DNA of 64,000 bases from a virus. Of the stretch, positions 37,222 to 45,926 are shown one piece after another. Under the pieces are notes generated by a model. That model worked only from the letters and a program-made list of their open reading frames with translations, did not search any database and was not told the DNA's origin. Within the stretch, counting starts at the first letter, position 1. Each line of letters begins with the position of its first letter. The stretch lies in IMG/VR virus record IMGVR_UViG_3300017757_000001; one strand, 5' to 3'. A program made the position numbers and the translations under genes.

Positions 37222-37239
37222 AACCTGTTTATTCTCATT

Positions 37240-37298
37240 ATTTACGGGGTAAATATACGAAGGCTCCCTTGGGGAGCCAAATATTTTTGCATAAGTCT
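37240..37298 (-). promoter_or_regulatory. Long-class promoter with a GGCTCCC/GGGAGCC hairpin spacer
   Basis: Near-identical to 32488-32546. Confidence 0.8.
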
Positions 37299-37517
37299 TT
37301 AACTACCCTTTTTAATCAGTAATTGATGTTCTTTTTCAAGTTGAAGATCTACTGATAAGAATATGCACATTTTATGAAGAGCACTAGGGTTATATAATGC
37401 TAACTGGATTAAACTTTCATCATCAAACTCATTAAAGATTTGAGTAAATGAAGGAAAATATGTATCTAATTTATCTTTTGAATATCCCATATACTTTGGC
37501 ACCATTGTGAGTAACAC
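37299..37517 (-). CDS. Hypothetical protein
   Basis: ORF track; start probably MGYSK. Confidence 0.45.
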   Translation of the reverse strand: MLLTMVPKYMGYSKDKLDTYFPSFTQIFNEFDDESLIQLALYNPSALHKMCIFLSVDLQLEKEHQLLIKKGS

Positions 37518-37611
37518 ACATTAATTTTTTTTCTACTTTTTCAGTTTCTGATTTTGGTTTTACAGTCTGATATTTAGGGTTTTTACTGTTTAATTTTCTT
37601 TTTTTAGGCAT
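37471..37611 (-). CDS. Small basic protein (46 aa, MPKKRKLNSKNPKY...)
   Basis: Manual translation; late-promoter motif at 37619-37627. Confidence 0.5.
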   Translation of the reverse strand: MPKKRKLNSKNPKYQTVKPKSETEKVEKKLMCVTHNGAKVYGIFKR

Positions 37612-37626
37612 TTTTATTTATACATA

Positions 37627-38169
37627 TCAACTTGATAGATAATCCTCAACTTTTGTCCAGTAATAAGATGTTGCTTCTTTATCCATACCTCTTGGTCCTC
37701 CATTCCAACATCTTGCAATTTCTTCAGCTGTAGTTAATCCATAATGCTTACAATAAACTTCAAACATTTGAATTGATTTATTTCTTAACCATCTATCATC
37801 ATATGAAAATTTATATGTTTTACCTTGTCTTTTTAATATTCTGTTTACATCATCCACCATAGTTTTTCTTATTTGTAAACATCCAACAGCATCTTCACTA
37901 GCTGCATATGCTGAGTCATCATTACTACTTTCTACAAAAATAATAGCTGATAGTAAGTTAGTTGAATTTGAGATATTATAATCCCAAATTTCAGCTTCTA
38001 ATTCTAAAGTATCTATTTCTAATTTTAAACTATCAATAGTATTATTTAAACTATCTATTACTTCTAATTCTTGGTGTAGCGTTTCTATTTGATCTTCATA
38101 ATCTAATATGTAACATAATGATATAAATGCAAATAATATTGTTGTTATATATGGAAAATAATATCTCAT
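37627..38169 (-). CDS. Membrane-anchored lysozyme-like muramidase (i-type/SLT-like)
   Basis: TM + coiled coil, then AIIFVESS (catalytic Glu), GCLQI, ARCWNGGPRG, YW.KV. Confidence 0.75.
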   Translation of the reverse strand: MRYYFPYITTILFAFISLCYILDYEDQIETLHQELEVIDSLNNTIDSLKLEIDTLELEAEIWDYNISNSTNLLSAIIFVESSNDDSAYAASEDAVGCLQIRKTMVDDVNRILKRQGKTYKFSYDDRWLRNKSIQMFEVYCKHYGLTTAEEIARCWNGGPRGMDKEATSYYWTKVEDYLSS

Positions 38170-38471
38170 AATTTTTTGTTTTTTAGTTTATCAATTAATA
38201 TTTTTACTTCAGCACATTTTTCATATAATTCATGCTTAAGTAAAGTATCTAAATTTTCTTCTAATGTATGTAAAAATAATTTTTTATCTACAGTTAAATC
38301 ATAAATTTGATCTTCTTCCTCAATAGCTATAGATACTACATGAATATGTTTTTTCTTACTATTAAAGTTTTTTTGAATTACCTCAATTATAGCTAGTGAT
38401 AAATCTTTATTTTTACTAGCAACAAATTTATCAAACTCCTCTCTTGTACTAAAATTAAATTCTTTTACCAT
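38166..38471 (-). CDS. Hypothetical protein with UVR-like motif
   Basis: HELYEKCAEVKILI. Confidence 0.6.
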   Translation of the reverse strand: MVKEFNFSTREEFDKFVASKNKDLSLAIIEVIQKNFNSKKKHIHVVSIAIEEEDQIYDLTVDKKLFLHTLEENLDTLLKHELYEKCAEVKILIDKLKNKKL

Positions 38472-38472
38472 T

Positions 38473-38685
38473 TTATAAATCTTTTAAAAAATCTCCTTTA
38501 ATATTATACTTCTTTAATTTTTCTTTTTTCTCATCACCTTTTAAAATTTTGTTAGCTAATTTTTCAAGATGTTTTTCTTTTATTTTATCATAATCATTTA
38601 CTATTTGATTATGTTTATTTCTTTTAATATTTCTTGTTTTTTTAGCCATATTATTTATATGATATGTAATCTTCTTCTGGTTCAT
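38473..38685 (-). CDS. Small basic protein
   Basis: ORF track; start probably MAKK. Confidence 0.5.
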   Translation of the reverse strand: MNQKKITYHINNMAKKTRNIKRNKHNQIVNDYDKIKEKHLEKLANKILKGDEKKEKLKKYNIKGDFLKDL

Positions 38686-39271
38686 CTCCTAATCCTAATT
38701 CTTCTAATCTTTGTCTAGTATAATCATCCATTTCCCATTTAGTTTCACTTTGATTAACAGGTACATGATCTTCCATCCCTTTAATTTGTTTATCTGAAAA
38801 TATATTTCCTACAGTTAAAAAATAATGATTATAACATAATAATTCTATATTTTCAATTCTATAATTTTTTTTATTTCCGTCTTTAAAATGAAGAAGTAAA
38901 GGTATTTTATAATCTGATACTCTACGTTCATGAAATTTACAAACAGCACATTCTTCAAGTAAATGACCCTCAGTTATTAATCTATATTTTATTTTATCAG
39001 GTGAAAATGATGATACATCAACTCTACCTTCAATAATATCTAATAAAGCAGGTTCTTTACCTTTACCTCTTAAAAATTTAGGTATACCTTTCCCAGATTG
39101 GTTTTTATGTTGTTCAAATAAATTATCATGGGTATCACTTTCATATAATTTTGCCCATTTTTTATAGTGTTGATAAGAACAATTTAAATACCTAGCAGCT
39201 GCTCTATTAGATAGAGTTTTAGACATAGCTGCTACTATTAATTCTTTATTTAATGGTTTTGGTTTTGGCAT
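38651..39271 (-). CDS. HTH plus HNH-like endonuclease
   Basis: NRAAARYLNCSY (HTH); CAVC...LLLHFKDGNKKNYRIENIELLCYNH (HNH-like). Confidence 0.7.
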   Translation of the reverse strand: MPKPKPLNKELIVAAMSKTLSNRAAARYLNCSYQHYKKWAKLYESDTHDNLFEQHKNQSGKGIPKFLRGKGKEPALLDIIEGRVDVSSFSPDKIKYRLITEGHLLEECAVCKFHERRVSDYKIPLLLHFKDGNKKNYRIENIELLCYNHYFLTVGNIFSDKQIKGMEDHVPVNQSETKWEMDDYTRQRLEELGLGDEPEEDYISYK

Positions 39272-39525
39272 TAATCATCTTGAGGTTTATCCCATTTAGT
39301 TTTTTTCTTCATATTTTCATCTACTACTTTTGCCTGTTCGGGAGTCATGATTTGAATATCATTCCATGTATGATCACCTGTCCCATTGATTGTGGATATT
39401 GCTGTGTATGCCCCTGTTGTTGAACAATTAACACAAACATGATAACCAAATTTAGTTAGCCTTAATTCAGGCATTAATTCCCCACACTTTTTGCAAGGAA
39501 TCATTTTTAAATTATTTCTATTCAT
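39271..39525 (-). CDS. DksA/TraR-type C4 zinc-finger protein
   Basis: CKKCGELMPELRL...CVNC. Confidence 0.65.
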   Translation of the reverse strand: MNRNNLKMIPCKKCGELMPELRLTKFGYHVCVNCSTTGAYTAISTINGTGDHTWNDIQIMTPEQAKVVDENMKKKTKWDKPQDD

Positions 39526-39592
39526 AACTATAATTATACGTAACTATTGAAATATTTCCGCTAATATACGAAATACAAATGATATATCCAAA

Positions 39593-39982
39593 TTATTTCG
39601 TAGGATAACGATATTTTATATAAGACCACAAATCATCAGGTGTAGTAATAATATATTGTTTACCATCTTCATCTTCTAATGGAATAACAGTACCATCTGG
39701 ATTGAATCTATCATAGATGTACCATAAAATAGTATCAGCTGCTTGTTCCCCATATACAAATTTTAATAAATTTTCAATTACAATCCATAAAGGATCTGTA
39801 ACTTTATTACAATCTATCCCTCCAGTTTCTATTAATTCATTTTCAATTTTATTAGATTCTTCTAACTTCTTAATAAATAAACAAAATACACTTTTTTCTG
39901 TAACTTGTATATTATCTTTTATATTTACTTCTGATCCTAGTATTTTTTTAAATAATCCTTTAATGTCATTAAATTCTTTCAT
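39593..39982 (-). CDS. Hypothetical protein
   Basis: ORF track. Confidence 0.6.
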   Translation of the reverse strand: MKEFNDIKGLFKKILGSEVNIKDNIQVTEKSVFCLFIKKLEESNKIENELIETGGIDCNKVTDPLWIVIENLLKFVYGEQAADTILWYIYDRFNPDGTVIPLEDEDGKQYIITTPDDLWSYIKYRYPTK

Positions 39983-39999
39983 TTTATTTATTTTTAATA

Positions 40000-40557
40000 T
40001 TATCTTTTAAACCCATAAAAATATAAATCGTGGGGTCCTTCATTACTAACCCAATATTGACTAATCATACTATCATTAAATCCTGGAATTGATTTAAAAT
40101 TCTCAGCTGTTAAATTTTTATAGTAATCTTGAAAAATATCATATTCAAAATCTTCAGGATGAGAACCTTGAATAGATGCTAAAGGATCTGATTTGCGAGT
40201 GCCATGTTCAGAACGACCTATTGAAGCACAAGTAAAAATTAATAATCCCTTAGGTTTTAAATTATGGATCATATTCATTATAGTCTTTTCATAAAAGGGA
40301 TCGTGTTCAAAACACTCACAGCTTATAGCAGTGTCAAATAATTGACTAGACTTAAATTTATGACCTTTGCTTACAATATCAACATTGGGACCACTACTAA
40401 CATCTACACCTGTATGATCACAATTTTTAAAATGGCATCTTATAGTTGGTTGGTTAGATATAGTTCTAGATCCTATTTCTAGTACTCGGGCATTGTTAAA
40501 ATACTCAGGATATTGTTGTTTTTTTTCATAAACAAAATGTAACACTTCGTGATGCAT
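40000..40557 (-). CDS. Class I SAM-dependent methyltransferase
   Basis: VLEIGS, TGVD..GPNVD, FDTAISCECFEHDP, LKPKG. Confidence 0.85.
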   Translation of the reverse strand: MHHEVLHFVYEKKQQYPEYFNNARVLEIGSRTISNQPTIRCHFKNCDHTGVDVSSGPNVDIVSKGHKFKSSQLFDTAISCECFEHDPFYEKTIMNMIHNLKPKGLLIFTCASIGRSEHGTRKSDPLASIQGSHPEDFEYDIFQDYYKNLTAENFKSIPGFNDSMISQYWVSNEGPHDLYFYGFKR

Positions 40558-40558
40558 A

Positions 40559-40720
40559 TTATTTGATTTTTTCTACGTTAAATAACTTATTAAATTGATC
40601 TAATGTCAATCTTTTAATTTTACTAAAAACATTTGTAGCTTCATTTTCATTATTAGCTTGACATTTATTTATAGCTTCTTTACTCTTACTCCTTTTGGGA
40701 TACATTTTAAATAAATTCAT
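40559..40720 (-). CDS. Small hypothetical protein (53 aa)
   Basis: Manual translation; fills the gap with overlapping start/stop. Confidence 0.5.
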   Translation of the reverse strand: MNLFKMYPKRSKSKEAINKCQANNENEATNVFSKIKRLTLDQFNKLFNVEKIK

Positions 40721-41070
40721 ATTTTTTTAATTAATTTTTTTATTATAATACACTTTTCATATTCTTCATATTCAACATAATGTTGAATAATTTTATTGAG
40801 AACTTTTTCAAAATTTTCTCTTTTTAATTCTACAATAATAGATAAATTTAATATGTTAAATAATTCAACTTTTTGTAGGTTATCTTTTATTGCTTTTTTA
40901 ATAGTTTTATAACTATCATTAATAATAAAACTAACAAAATCATCAGACCTAGAAAGTGAGATTAATTCTTCTTTAGTATTATAAGCAATTTCTAATGTAG
41001 TAACCTCTCTTTTAACAACTTTTTTCTCTTCTATATCTTTTTCCATAATATGAGGTTTTAAAGGGTTCAT
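40717..41070 (-). CDS. Hypothetical protein with UVR-like motif
   Basis: YEEYEKCIIIKKL. Confidence 0.6.
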   Translation of the reverse strand: MNPLKPHIMEKDIEEKKVVKREVTTLEIAYNTKEELISLSRSDDFVSFIINDSYKTIKKAIKDNLQKVELFNILNLSIIVELKRENFEKVLNKIIQHYVEYEEYEKCIIIKKLIKKI

Positions 41071-41082
41071 CGATTATAAATA

Positions 41083-41961
41083 TTAAATGCTCTCATATTC
41101 AATTGAAGTATTTCCTAAACCCCAATCTTTTGTATTTTGTGTATCTGTAAAATTTTCTACCCATTTATAAACATCATTATATGCTTTAGAATCACCCTTA
41201 AAATCGCCTTTATTATCTAAATCAGCTACTCTAGTTCCATCATCTTTAGTGTAATAAGCCCCATGTTCCATATGATAAAGTGGAGGATTATATAATACTT
41301 TTAAATCGCACCCGTTTAATACCGATTTTTTCTGAATATTAGTATCTACATAACATTGGTATATCATATTTTCTTCAAATCCTTTTATTTTATTCCAAAC
41401 ATCTTTATGTGCTATTTGAAAGTCTCCACAGCAGTTAATTAAACTATAATTATCATTTGCTGTAACTTTAGCAGGGAAGTGTCTTTCAGGAATATTTGAT
41501 AGTGATTGTCTTAGTTCTTTGATATTATGACCATGTTTATACACTAAATCTTTTGGTGCTTCTCTTCTAGATATAGTATAAAATGTATTTTTATCTAAAG
41601 TTTTAATTAGATTTAATAATTCTTCTCTAGTGGGGGGAATTATATCAATATTAGTAGAAACAACCCAATCACATTCACTTCTTTTAATTCCTATATTTCT
41701 ACTTAATCCTTCATTACATTGTTGAGCTGTTGGCTCAGGGATTAATATTTTTGTAACTTCAGGTGGTATTATATAATGTTTTATTTTTCCTGTCTTAGAT
41801 AATTTATCTTCTATTTCCCATAAAAAAGATCCTTCAGGAGAATTCCAATCAATATAATTTACTTCATCAAAAGTTTCTAATGATGATTTAAAATGAATTA
41901 TACCTCTTTCAAAGTCTTTATATCCATCATTTCTATTTACTACTACTACTCCTACTTTCAT
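41083..41961 (-). CDS. GT-A fold glycosyltransferase
   Basis: RND.Y, IDWNS, RNIGIKR, STNID, CGDFQ, YHMEH. Confidence 0.7.
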   Translation of the reverse strand: MKVGVVVVNRNDGYKDFERGIIHFKSSLETFDEVNYIDWNSPEGSFLWEIEDKLSKTGKIKHYIIPPEVTKILIPEPTAQQCNEGLSRNIGIKRSECDWVVSTNIDIIPPTREELLNLIKTLDKNTFYTISRREAPKDLVYKHGHNIKELRQSLSNIPERHFPAKVTANDNYSLINCCGDFQIAHKDVWNKIKGFEENMIYQCYVDTNIQKKSVLNGCDLKVLYNPPLYHMEHGAYYTKDDGTRVADLDNKGDFKGDSKAYNDVYKWVENFTDTQNTKDWGLGNTSIEYESI

Positions 41962-42820
41962 AATATTTAATTGTATTTTTTAAACCATTTTCTAAAGTGG
42001 TAAATTTATAATCTTTTAGATGAGTATTAATTAGTTTTTTATTAGGAGCCCCTACAAAAGCATTTGTGTCCCATTCAATTTTATTATAATCATATCCTAT
42101 AATATCACAAATGGTTTGAGCATAGTGGTTTAAAGTATATTCATTTCCTGAAGATAAATTAAATATATCAGGTGCATCTGGGTTATTTATACAAGACATA
42201 ATAATGTTTATAGCATCATCTATATAAATTAATTCTCGAGTTTGAGTTCCATCACCCCATAAAACGACTCTTTCACCTCCATTTTTAGCTGTATGGATTT
42301 TTCTGATTAGGTCAAATATAAAATGTTTATCATCTAAATTATAATTAGGACCATAAAGTACTGATGGAATCAAGTAATTAGAGGACATTAAATATTCTTT
42401 TTTTAATGCTTTTAAACCTACTAATAAATTACGTTTAGCATTACCATATACTTCATAACCTTCTTCTACTTCACCTTTTAAATAATTTTCTTCAGTTTTA
42501 ATTACATCTTTATTATAACCACAAGATGAACCAAAAGTAACCATATGAGCTCTTTGTTGGTATTGAGCCCAATAAGCCAACATATCAGCATTAATGCTAG
42601 AATTTACTATCCATTGTTCTCCTGGGTGTTCTTGACAATAACCTCCTGCTGCTGTTTTAACAGCCAAATGAATTACTACATCAATGGAATTTCTTTCTAA
42701 TTCCCACATAGATGTAAAATTACTTGATGTGATTTCTATAACATCATGATTTTCACTTTTTAATTTTTTTACTAATGGTTTTCCCACAAATCCACTAGCA
42801 CCTGTGACTAATATTCTCAT
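41933..42820 (-). CDS. NAD-dependent epimerase/reductase (GDP-L-fucose synthase-like)
   Basis: GASGFVG, YGNAK, LYGP, WGDGTQTRELIYIDD. Confidence 0.8.
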   Translation of the reverse strand: MRILVTGASGFVGKPLVKKLKSENHDVIEITSSNFTSMWELERNSIDVVIHLAVKTAAGGYCQEHPGEQWIVNSSINADMLAYWAQYQQRAHMVTFGSSCGYNKDVIKTEENYLKGEVEEGYEVYGNAKRNLLVGLKALKKEYLMSSNYLIPSVLYGPNYNLDDKHFIFDLIRKIHTAKNGGERVVLWGDGTQTRELIYIDDAINIIMSCINNPDAPDIFNLSSGNEYTLNHYAQTICDIIGYDYNKIEWDTNAFVGAPNKKLINTHLKDYKFTTLENGLKNTIKYYESRSSSSK

Positions 42821-42821
42821 A

Positions 42822-43766
42822 TTATAAATTTGTATATTTTTTATTATTATCTGTTATAATCATTTGAAAGGATTCTGATAGTTCATTAATACCTTTAGTA
42901 ATAGTATAATCTGGAGACCAACCAGTTTTTTCTAATTTTTCATTAGATACAATATAATCTCTATTATCAAAGTCAGATGAAAATTCATTTTCGATAATTA
43001 CTAAATCTGGGAATTGTAGTTTTATAGCTTCTGCTAATTCTCTTTTATTAAGGTTAGCATCTGATAGACCAACATTATATACTTCCCCATTCATTGATTC
43101 ATAATTTTCAATGCAATGTAAAAATGTTTTTGCTATATCGCGTACGTGTATGTAATTTCTTTTAAATTGCGATTGAAACAATACTAAACACCCATCAGTC
43201 ATAGTTTTATATACAAAATCATTAACTAATAAATCTGTACGCATTCTTGGTGATGAACCAAATACTGTTGCTAATCTTAAACAAATACCATTCCCCCAAT
43301 CCATAATATATTCTTCTGCTTGACATTTTGTTTTAGCATAGTGAGATAAAGGATTAAATGGTGATTCTTCGGTAATTATATCTTTTGAACTACCATATTG
43401 ACTATTTGTATTAGGCATTATTAACTTTTGCCAAGGTTTTAAATTATCTACAATAGTTTGGATTTGCCCATAATTAATATTTGTTGCTAATTCTTTATTT
43501 GCATCACAAGCTGGTGCTCCCACAATTGCTGCTAAAGGAATTATTATATCATGACGTTCAACTAAATGTTGTAAAAAATGATAATCAGTAATATCACCCT
43601 TAATAAAATTAAAATTATCATAATGACATAAATGTAGTAATGATGTTTGTTTGTACATTAAATTGTCAACAACAGTTACTTGATAACATTTATTAACTAA
43701 TACTTCTGCTAGGACAGAACCTAAATAACCAGCTCCCCCTGTAATTAAAACTCTTTTTTTATTCAT
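42822..43766 (-). CDS. NAD-dependent epimerase/dehydratase
   Basis: GGAGYLG, LAAIVGAPAC, YAKTK, RLATVFG. Confidence 0.85.
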   Translation of the reverse strand: MNKKRVLITGGAGYLGSVLAEVLVNKCYQVTVVDNLMYKQTSLLHLCHYDNFNFIKGDITDYHFLQHLVERHDIIIPLAAIVGAPACDANKELATNINYGQIQTIVDNLKPWQKLIMPNTNSQYGSSKDIITEESPFNPLSHYAKTKCQAEEYIMDWGNGICLRLATVFGSSPRMRTDLLVNDFVYKTMTDGCLVLFQSQFKRNYIHVRDIAKTFLHCIENYESMNGEVYNVGLSDANLNKRELAEAIKLQFPDLVIIENEFSSDFDNRDYIVSNEKLEKTGWSPDYTITKGINELSESFQMIITDNNKKYTNL

Positions 43767-44275
43767 AGTAAATCTGCATTTTTATCCCTTGAAGATAATA
43801 TAGGATTATTAATAGGCCAAGGTATGTTAATTTTTGGATCATTCCATTTTACTGTAAATTGTTCTTTTACACCACCATATAAAGTAGATTGTTTATAACT
43901 AAAAACACCATAATCACTCATTACTAGGTGACCATTAGCAAATCCTGGAGGTACTAAAATTTGATTTCTGTTTTTATCATTTATTGTAAATAGTTCCCAT
44001 TCAAGATAAGTTTGACTTTCAGGTCTCATATCAACAACTGCTTGTAATAATGCACCGTAAACACACTGTACTAATTTCCAAGTTTTAAAATCACCATGTA
44101 AACCTCTTAATGTGTGTTTTGATGATGTACTAATGTCATCTTGTTTAAATTGATCACAATTAAAAACTTTATAATTTTCTATATTCCAAGTTTCAACATA
44201 CTCCCCCCTATAGTCATAAAATATATCTGGTTGGATTATTGGTAGTCCTAATTTTTTACTATGTTCGTATTTCAT
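43763..44275 (-). CDS. rmlC: dTDP-4-dehydrorhamnose 3,5-epimerase (RmlC family)
   Basis: DYRG..VE, TLRGLH, VDMRPES, VPPGFANG, WNDP..I.WP; start moved to MKYEH. Confidence 0.85.
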   Translation of the reverse strand: MKYEHSKKLGLPIIQPDIFYDYRGEYVETWNIENYKVFNCDQFKQDDISTSSKHTLRGLHGDFKTWKLVQCVYGALLQAVVDMRPESQTYLEWELFTINDKNRNQILVPPGFANGHLVMSDYGVFSYKQSTLYGGVKEQFTVKWNDPKINIPWPINNPILSSRDKNADLL

Positions 44276-45033
44276 AATTCTTTTATATTTATTTTTGCAG
44301 TTCCTTTTTTCTGTACTATTTGTGTTGAGCATTTATTTGCAAATTTTATTGCACTTTCTATAGAATCGGTTTCTAAATAAGAATGTACTAATCCAGCTAA
44401 AAATGTGTCACCTGCTCCACTTGTATCTCTAACATCAACTTCCTCAACAGGATATTTAATTCCCTGATATTGTGCTCCTTTACTTCCTAATGTTGTAATT
44501 ATCTTTTTAGCAAATTCATCTTCATTATCATGTAAAAAACCAATACTTTGATCTAATTCTATTTCGTTAATTTTGATAAATTTAATATTATGAGCCCACC
44601 CATCAATTTCCTTTTTAGTATCTAAAAATGTTATAGGATGATGTTGAGCTATATAGTCAATTTGGTGCCATTCTAAAAATCCTTTATCATAATCACTCAT
44701 TACAATAGCATCATAATTATCCCAATCAATATTTTCTAATGTTTTTTGTTCAATTGGGAAAATATCATTTTCACCTTCATCAATTCTAACAAACATATGA
44801 TTTGTTCTATTATCAACATATCTTGTTTTTTTAATTTGGTTTGCATTTGATATTAGATCAACCTCTATATCTAATGCTCTTAAATTATCTGCAACATTAC
44901 CTGCCATACCTTCAGTCGAAACATATGATTCAGGTTTTAAAATGGGTACTGGTGCATCTGGGCAAAATCTATTTGTTGTGCAGTAAATGTACTCATCTAT
45001 ACAACTATCTCCTATTACTAATACTTTCATCAT
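44272..45033 (-). CDS. PfkB-family sugar kinase (HldE/RfaE domain I-like)
   Basis: VIGD..ID.Y, CPDAPVP, GMAGNVA.N, SDYDKG, DTSGAGDTF. Confidence 0.85.
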   Translation of the reverse strand: MMKVLVIGDSCIDEYIYCTTNRFCPDAPVPILKPESYVSTEGMAGNVADNLRALDIEVDLISNANQIKKTRYVDNRTNHMFVRIDEGENDIFPIEQKTLENIDWDNYDAIVMSDYDKGFLEWHQIDYIAQHHPITFLDTKKEIDGWAHNIKFIKINEIELDQSIGFLHDNEDEFAKKIITTLGSKGAQYQGIKYPVEEVDVRDTSGAGDTFLAGLVHSYLETDSIESAIKFANKCSTQIVQKKGTAKINIKEL

Positions 45034-45926
45034 AGTTTATTTACTTTAATTATATCATCCAACAATTCTTCTAATCTATCAAAATAAAATCCATTTTCTT
45101 GAACTGCTTTATAATTATTTTCTATTGCTTCTATTCTACTATAATAATCATTTTCATCTAAATTATTTAAAATTTCCAATAATTGGTCTTCATCTTGAAA
45201 TCTAATAATACCTTTTTCATCATAACCCCATTCAGATATATTTTCAGCACCATAATATATAGGTAAAGTTTTGGTAGCAAAACAATCTAAAATCTTATCT
45301 GCAAAATAATTATTTTCTTTTTTACTTTCAATAGCTACATGAAACATAGTATTTCTATCCCATACTTCTTTTTTACCTTCACCTTCAATAGGATTACCAT
45401 ACTTTGTAATTTTTTCTTCAAAATAACCTGGTCTTTGTCCTCTAGGATCAAAATCTTTTAGTGTTTTATACCATTTATGAGGTATAGTAATTTTATCATC
45501 TAATGCTAATACTCTTTGTCTTAATTTATGACCTTCAAGTATCTCTAATACACCACTTAAAAATGTTACTTCAAAATTTCTATTATTAATATCTTTATTT
45601 TCCCAACTTTCAATATATGGTCTATCTAAATTTGTTTCTCCATGAACAAATAATAAACCATTTTCACAATGTTGTTGAATTAATTCCCATTGGGATAATA
45701 TAAGACTAAAATGTTGTTTAATTGATATTGTATAATTACATAAATTAAAGATTTCATTAGGTTCATTTAGAATAATAATATTAACTGGATTAATGCTTAA
45801 TTCTTCTTGAGTAGCAGGCCAATCACAAAATAATGTAATAGGTTTATCTTTATATTTTTCACAGTTTACATCTATGAAAAATTCCATTCTTTCTTTTGCT
45901 ATTGAGTTTTTAGTAAATATTTTCAT
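45030..45926 (-). CDS. GT10-like (fucosyltransferase) glycosyltransferase
   Basis: FHVAIES...YFADKILDCF...LPIYYG. Confidence 0.7.
   Translation of the reverse strand: MKIFTKNSIAKERMEFFIDVNCEKYKDKPITLFCDWPATQEELSINPVNIIILNEPNEIFNLCNYTISIKQHFSLILSQWELIQQHCENGLLFVHGETNLDRPYIESWENKDINNRNFEVTFLSGVLEILEGHKLRQRVLALDDKITIPHKWYKTLKDFDPRGQRPGYFEEKITKYGNPIEGEGKKEVWDRNTMFHVAIESKKENNYFADKILDCFATKTLPIYYGAENISEWGYDEKGIIRFQDEDQLLEILNNLDENDYYSRIEAIENNYKAVQENGFYFDRLEELLDDIIKVNKL

Noticed and set aside
18907-37298. Repeated ~58-bp elements as CRISPR repeats or mobile-element ends
   Set aside because: Dispersed, each upstream of a gene in the same orientation, no regular spacers; they fit promoter geometry
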